Shown here: positions 55,525 through 64,000 of the stretch, piece after piece
How the letters are laid out: the number at the start of each line of letters is the position of its first letter
Numbering within the stretch: position 1 is the stretch's first letter
Assembly: GCF_006345805.1 (NCBI RefSeq)
Contig: NC_042998.1
Coordinates: 43,648,001-43,712,000, forward strand
DNA from: Octopus sinensis
Lineage: Eukaryota
Length of the DNA stretch: 64,000 bases
Reading direction: 5' to 3'
Translations under genes and position numbers: made by a program
The notes under the pieces: model-generated
Seen by the model: the letters and a program-made list of their open reading frames with translations, nothing else
Databases searched by the model: none
What the model was told of the DNA's origin: nothing

Positions 55525-56095
55525 ATATATTTAAATGATAAACTTCTGGAAGTCTTGCAGATTTTACAGTTCCAGTGATGGATTGGATTTGTAGTCTTCG
55601 AATTAGCTTTCTCCTTTCAGGTTTTAAGAAGCTTAATTTCTCAAGATTAGTATTTAGGCAGTGTGTTACATATCCCAGGGCCCCAATAATTACAGGTATA
55701 TAGCTGAACTTGTAATCTGGATAGAGTAACTGCAGATTTCTCTTGGCTATCCCAAATCATTATATCAGGTCTGCTGTGCTTACATTTTATTGAGGTCTTC
55801 ACTGCTACATTCCACCAGTATTCCTTTTTATTATGAGTGGCTATGGCCTCTATCATATTGTGGGTTCTTATTTCTTTGTCCTCGGGATTATCCTTCCGAC
55901 GGATTTCATTATAGAGTGTCATAGCTACAACATCATGTCTCATCGGTAGATAATACTGTGATGACATTTTCGGACACCTGCTTATGATGTGGGTGATATC
56001 TTCAGTGTGAACTCCACAACATCTGCATCAGTTGTCACATTTTATGGCTTTTTCTGCATCTCTATCCCTTTTCTGCATCAGGTAATTAGTTGGTA
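55525..56095 (-). mobile_element. R4-clade RLE LINE 3' fragment, second family, with an internal deletion
   Basis: CRCCGVHTEDITHIISRCPKMSSQYYLPMRHDVVA (CCHC), YWWNVAVKTSIKCKHSRPDIMIWD, then LYPDYKFSYIPVIIGALGYV..LIRRLQIQSITGTVKICK. Confidence 0.85.
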
Positions 56096-56104
56096 TTTCC
56101 TGCA

Positions 56105-58690
<2,586 letters not shown>

Positions 58691-59027
58691 TGTGGTGTGT
58701 GTGTATGTGTGACGTGTGTATGTGTGTGCATGCGCGCGCATGTGTGTGTATAGACATATATCAATTAAATGGAATCCTATAAAGTAAGTTAAAACTAAAC
58801 AACAAATAATTATTTCCTTCTGTCCAGAGCTGAACATCTTTTAGAAAAGATATATTTAGCACCCATTTCACATATATTTCTATCTATCGATAAATCAGTT
58901 CAACTGAAATATTATAAGCGCATTTCCATTCAATATAATCACGTTATTGCCTTCAAGCCTAATATTGGTATTAAGTTTAAGATCTTTGAAACGTCATAAA
59001 CATTATGCTGTACGCATGTCTACAGTA

Positions 59028-59136
59028 CACTACTACAACTACTACTACTACTACTACTACTACTGCTACTGCTACTACTACAACTACTACTACTGATGAT
59101 GATGATGTTGATGATACTAAAGATAATAATAATAAC

Positions 59137-59184
<48 letters not shown>

Positions 59185-59215
59185 TGTAATGATAATGATA
59201 ACGATAATAATTGTC
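59028..59215. repeat. Compound trinucleotide tract (ACT)n(GAT)n(AAT)n
   Basis: Read directly from the sequence. Confidence 0.95.
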
Positions 59216-59974
59216 TGTAAAGAACCAAACTGAAGTGCTCAATCGATTTTTGCTTGAAAAATAAGGAAAATAATTTCTGAAAATTGTTTCTGTAATCTTC
59301 TATGATATTATTAATTATTCATATTAGAGAAGCATTTGATGCTGTAAAAGGAAATGAAATATTGTGCGCATCACGTCTGATAGAAATAATGATCTAGCTA
59401 GAATACAACTTTTTTTTTTTCAAAAATGATATGGCTTTATTGAGTTGGCTCACAGAGAAGTTGATTTCTATTCTTCTGACTTTGTCTTGATGGCACGGAA
59501 TTATGAAAGGTCTGACGCAATATAAAGCATTATGGTTATAGACGATCATTGATTTGTACTTCAAAAGAGTTCTAGAACTCAGTGGTAACTTAAAATTGTC
59601 CGGGTGTGTAACGAAAACAATCCTAGATCGATTCCTCTGCTGCAGCTAATAAATCAAATGCACATTTGATTCTGATAAGGGAGCTGTTTCAGCAGTTACA
59701 AACTATCATTTGCTATTATTATTATTTTTTTTTGTATTTCGAACTGAGGAATTCATATTAGAGATTATTGGCTTTATATTTTGAATAAAAACAATGAATC
59801 TAGGTTCCTCACATTGTTTTAATTAATGATTCTTCATGTTGGTATTCAGACAGCATTCTAGTGGGTGACATATTGTCAATTAGACAGAACGCTTAACATG
59901 TTTAGCACCTATTATATCAATCGTGTTAGGTTGAAGGCAAAGTCGACAGAAAAAGGTAACTTTATACTACGAAA

Positions 59975-60300
59975 AATATATTTAAGATAGATAAATACAA
60001 CCCTCTTAAGTATGAAATAGCCCGGCTATGGAAAATAACGGTGAAGATAATGTCAATTATTGTTGCGTGCTCGGGAACAGTATCAGAAGGCATGAAGGGG
60101 AATATAAAGGAAATTGGAATAGAGTGACCAGTAGAACAGTTACAAAAGGTTTGCCTTCTTGGCACGGCCAGAATAATCAGGAAAGTATTAAGATAGCTGA
60201 AAAGAACGGATAGCATGGCTGCAGGTAGCAATCCCGCTACGCATGCAAGACTCCGGGGGCTCCAACAAAACCTGTGATAAAGAGGAATAATAACAACAAC
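59975..60300 (+). mobile_element. R4/Dong-clade LINE extreme 3' end, third family, with 3' UTR and (AAT/AAC)n tail
   Basis: KIDKYNPLKYEIARLWKITVKIMSIIVACSGTV..EQLQKVCLLGTARIIRKVLR*, ~90 bp UTR, then aataataacaacaac. Confidence 0.85.
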
Positions 60301-62749
60301 AATAACAACAATGATGATGATGTTGAAATTGAAAATAATAACATAGACAACGGCGATAAATGCTAGAATCGGTAGGGAACTGGATAGGGTGCCTTGCGTT
60401 ATTTATTTAGTCTTCTTTATTTTGTCATTCTGAGTTCAAATCTCACAGAGTTCATTTTAATTCCTCTGACAGCGCTAAAATAAAATACCTGTCAAGTACG
60501 GCTGCACCCGCGCACGAAATCTGTGGTAGTGTTCCTATGCTAGCTGCCATTGTAATTAATTGTTGTCGTAGCAGTAGCAGCAGCTATAATTATAATAGTG
60601 GTAACAATTATTTCTGATACTACAAATTAAATAATTATCTGATTGGTATATGAAAGTATTAAAAAAGACATGTGGAATACACATCATAGTAGAATAGCAT
60701 CGTTTGGACTTTTTTTTAGAGCGTTCAGCAATTTAGCACCATAAATAATGAGGGAAATACACCATACTTAATTTTTTTTTCACAAATCAATCGTTCGATT
60801 TGATTAAATTGCAATTCTATTGGTCTTGCTTTACTGCAATATCACATGCTAGATAGTAGATAGTATGTTTTCCCCGCTCGTTATATTTTCGGCTGTTATA
60901 GAGCATGTTAACGTCTTGCAAAAGTTATAATTTACCAATGTGATGATGCAGATCATCAATATCTCCTTGAGTTGTATTTTCCTTTTTTTTTTATTATTTT
61001 AAATCCATTCAATTGTGTTTGTTTCTTTTGTATTGCGGTTCTTTCAGAATATTACGTGAATTTTCAGTACAACGCCTCTAAACCAACATTTCAATACCTC
61101 TTCATCTGCGCTAAAATTTTCGTTCGGGCCATTTATGTTTTAACTTTTATGTATTTACAACATTTTTCAATATTTATATCAATATTCCCAAACTTACTAT
61201 GAATCGATATTTTCGAAAAGAAATAAAAATATATAGAGAGACGAAATGAATAGATGTATAGCTGTATATATCTTCTTGCTTTGACGATTCTCATAAATTG
61301 TATGCATATATCATACAGCTGTGCGCTAGTTACTTCCAAAACAGCAGAATGATTGTTAATCTAATGATAATCTTTCCATTTTTTTTTTAATGTATGGATT
61401 TTTTTTTCCATTGAAGCCATATTTCTCTATTTCTATTCTCTTCTTGAAAGGCGCCAAGTATATAATTGAGATTTCCAAATCAATGGCACAATGTTAGGTA
61501 GACGCTATTTTTTTCTTTTTCAAACAGAAGTTTTCTAAATATTTGATGTAAACTCTTTCTCATATATTCCTATCTATCACTATCCCTTCTGAATATACTA
61601 TGACTTTTAATTTTCCGTACCTTCTTTAGACTTGTGTTTTATGCATCGTTGTTAGTAATGCAGTAACATCTGTCTCGACGCTATTCATTACTGTAAACAT
61701 CACGAAATCACTCGCGTTCGAATAGTATTTCCACTAAATGGCGAATGACTGCATCATATAAGAAATTTGGCGTAAAATGTAATGTTGCATACCAAATATC
61801 ACATGAGCCCGAAATCAAAACTAAGGGACCGTATTAACTGTAAAACTTACTTTAAAAATTGGGGATCCTAATTTATAGTCTGTTGGAAAATTTCATTTTA
61901 GCACGGCATAACTGAATATTCATAAATAAAACAACACTACTGCAGCTTATAAAAATAATTTGGGATTTTTACGCAATTTATCTGCATTTTAGTAACTTGA
62001 AATCTAATGTATTGGTTATAAGTATAAATATTTGACGTTATAAGAGGCCGCTATATAAGACACAAAACTACTTATCCAGTTCAAAAATTACGATATTTCC
62101 TTATATTACAGTAATTGAATGGCCTTCGTATTTGTATATCCTGTTATCATCATAAGCCTATTTTAGTATTCACTATTTAATTTCCCCGACAATAGCTGAT
62201 ATTAAACTCATTTTACATTGATTTCTCGTAGAACTTATAAAGTAACATATAGACACAATGAAAGGAAAACTAGAAGTGATAAGGGGTAGTGGGTTGGCAA
62301 TATCAGTTTGGAAAAGAACAAAATGTTTTAAGATATTCAATTACGTCTCTGAGTTCAGATCTCATCGTTGTCGATGTCACCGTTCACGCTTTCAGAATTG
62401 GAAAAATAAAAGCTATGGGACATTGATTTGATCGATTAAATTCTTCCATAAAACTTTTGGCCTGGTGCCTCTGTCAAAAATCAATATTCTATCAAACCAT
62501 TAAAATAATATCAATGATTCGATATATCGATATATAGGCATGTGATTACATTCGTTATCGTATTTCACAAAAATATTGTTGCCAACCACAAATGCATGTT
62601 ATGAACAAGGGTAAAAGAACAGTTACTAGTCAAACTAGTTCTCGTTCCCTTCCTTGCAAAGCACTACTGCTGATGGAGTTGATATTACTTCAAGAGAAGG
62701 CATGCGAATTTGTTAACTGGCTGATAGTAATCTCTATGTAATAATGATT

Positions 62750-62942
62750 TCAAACTGTAGCACAAGGCCAGCAAGTTCGGGTGTGAGATAAGTCAGTCAC
62801 ATCCTACCCAGTGTTTAATTGGTACTTACTTTATCGACACCGAAACGATGAAAACAAAGTCGACCTCAGCGGAATTTGAACTCAGAACATAGAGACGGAC
62901 GAAATGCCGCTAAGGATTTTGCCAGGCTTGCTCACTGCCTTA
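62750..62942 (-). mobile_element. Major SINE, diverged copy
   Basis: caaagtcgacctcagcggaatttgaactcagaac core, head and tail as in the 20749 copy. Confidence 0.82.
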
Positions 62943-63543
62943 AACTTCTGTGTAATAATAAACTGATCAAACAATTAGCAGGACTGTGGAAATTCCGTGT
63001 TTTATAAACGTTCTTGTTTCTATTTTGATCCATAAAATTATAGGTCTTCATAATATTGGTTTATTAATTTTTACTGTTTAAAGCCTAACACCTGAAATTA
63101 TAACTATATTAAGTTTTATTATGTTACAGATTTCATCTGTCTCTTCTATTTTGTTCCAGAGTTAAGATTAATAAAAGCATAACATCCAGATAGCTAATAT
63201 GACCAGCAGAATAAAAATTATATGTTAAGAAAAAATAGTGGCATTATAAAGGAACATCTCTAGATCCGGCTATCTTCAGATGTCACAGGTTCGTTGCACA
63301 CCCGAAAATCAATCAACTACTGCATACTATCACCCTGTGCATTGAATGTTGGTTACAAAAGACCGTCTAATCGTTGGAATGCTCCGTTTTCATAAGATAC
63401 CAATGAAAGATTTACTCCAATATGATCACATAAAAATTGAGACCACAAGTGATGATTTGGTAGTAATAAATAATGGATGTCATACATGCTTTCGACAATT
63501 CTTTGGGAATAGATTCATCGCAGTTCTGAGTGTGACTGCTTAC

Positions 63544-63616
63544 TCGGCTTGCAACTCGTTCCGGTTCCTACTCTTGTAGATATCCGGCAAAGTTACAGGA
63601 CTCTTAGTACAGTGAC
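63544..63616 (-). CDS. Candidate exon, 73 nt, phase 1 to 2 (GHCTKSPVTLPDIYKSRNRNELQA)
   Basis: Strong donor GA|gtaagc, modest acceptor ccagcgttatag, open frame. Unidentified. Confidence 0.18.
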
Positions 63617-63750
63617 CTATAACGCTGGCCGGCAGAGACTTGCTTGCAATTGCACTCAGTAAAAGTTCAGTCATACAGTTCTATATTTAAGAGATGAGGG
63701 ATTATGCACATTATTTACATTTGACGGTTGTCCTCATCTTGTTTGTTGTT

Positions 63751-63796
63751 AACACAACGTTTCGGCTGATATACATTCCAGCCTTCATCAGGTGTC
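63751..63796 (-). ncRNA. Minimal type-I hammerhead ribozyme motif (Penelope-type, palindromic stem III)
   Basis: The minus strand reads GACAC-CUGAUGA-A-GGCUG(gaauguauau)CAGCC-GAAA-CGUU-GUGUU. Both catalytic core boxes are intact, stem II has 5 bp, stem I is GACAC/GUGUU (5 bp, one G-U), and stem III is reduced to the palindrome AACGUU. The predicted GUU cleavage lies between 63756 and 63755. Confidence 0.75.
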
Positions 63797-63844
63797 TTGG
63801 GGAAATGTCGAACCTGGGTTCTCATTCCTAAGGTATTTTTCGAT

Positions 63845-63913
63845 GTTGTTGTTGTTGTTATTATTATTATTATTTCTTCTTCTTCTTCTTTCTTCTTCTT
63901 CTTCTTCTTCTTC

Positions 63914-63963
<50 letters not shown>
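63845..63963. repeat. Compound trinucleotide tract (GTT)(ATT)(CTT)(ATT) inside the hammerhead-bearing element
   Basis: Read directly from the sequence. Confidence 0.95.
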
Positions 63964-63965
<2 letters not shown>

Positions 63966-64000
63966 AGTCACTGCCTGGAATCGATTCCAGACACTGACCT

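Larger units (their letters stand above)
63703..64000 (-). mobile_element. SINE-like/Penelope-derived non-autonomous repeat carrying the hammerhead; continues beyond the window edge
   Basis: Minus-strand order: B-box/T-arm-like gaatcgattccaggcagtgac (~63967-63987), internal (AAT)n/(AAG)n/(AAC)n tract, ~50 bp spacer, hammerhead, short 3' tail to ~63703. CTGATGAAGGC...GCCGAAACG is the typical Penelope pLTR signature. Confidence 0.55.

Noticed and set aside
59458-59640. Exon candidates EVDFYSSDFVLMARNYER and VLELSGNLKLSG (LRR-like)
   Set aside because: They need a ~58-nt intron with a weak donor (gtctga); a single LRR-like match is not significant.
63280-63370. HRFVAHPKINQLLHTI resembling the TRP-channel FVAHP..LL..IW motif
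   Set aside because: The conserved Trp is absent, the donor is poor, and no other TRP exons were found.

Overview
AT-rich, microsatellite-saturated eukaryotic DNA. The tRNA-derived SINE families (e.g. ggcggcgagctggcagaaacg...gagttcaaattcc...gaccccgaaaggatgaaaggc) suggest a cephalopod, most likely Octopus; this is inference from repeat content, not a database match. No complete protein-coding gene can be identified. Almost all supplied ORFs are translations of (CA)n/(TA)n/(TACA)n tracts. The window looks like giant-intron or intergenic DNA with isolated splice-site-bounded exon candidates (best: 20189-20255). Recognisable content is mostly mobile-element debris: three R4/Dong-clade RLE LINE fragments, RTE, CR1/L2-type and Penelope-like fragments, two mariner remnants, a compact Ty3/gypsy remnant with ~113-bp LTRs, a Helitron-like element and many SINEs. 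There is a 100-N gap at 38393-38492. The most interesting signals are: (1) a complete minimal type-I hammerhead ribozyme with a palindromic, loopless stem III at 63751-63796 (-), inside a SINE-like/Penelope-derived repeat; (2) SINE head-to-tail dimers sharing one exact junction at two independent loci; (3) two different SINEs stacked in one triplicated target site; (4) a candidate recursive-splice (RS-exon) site.
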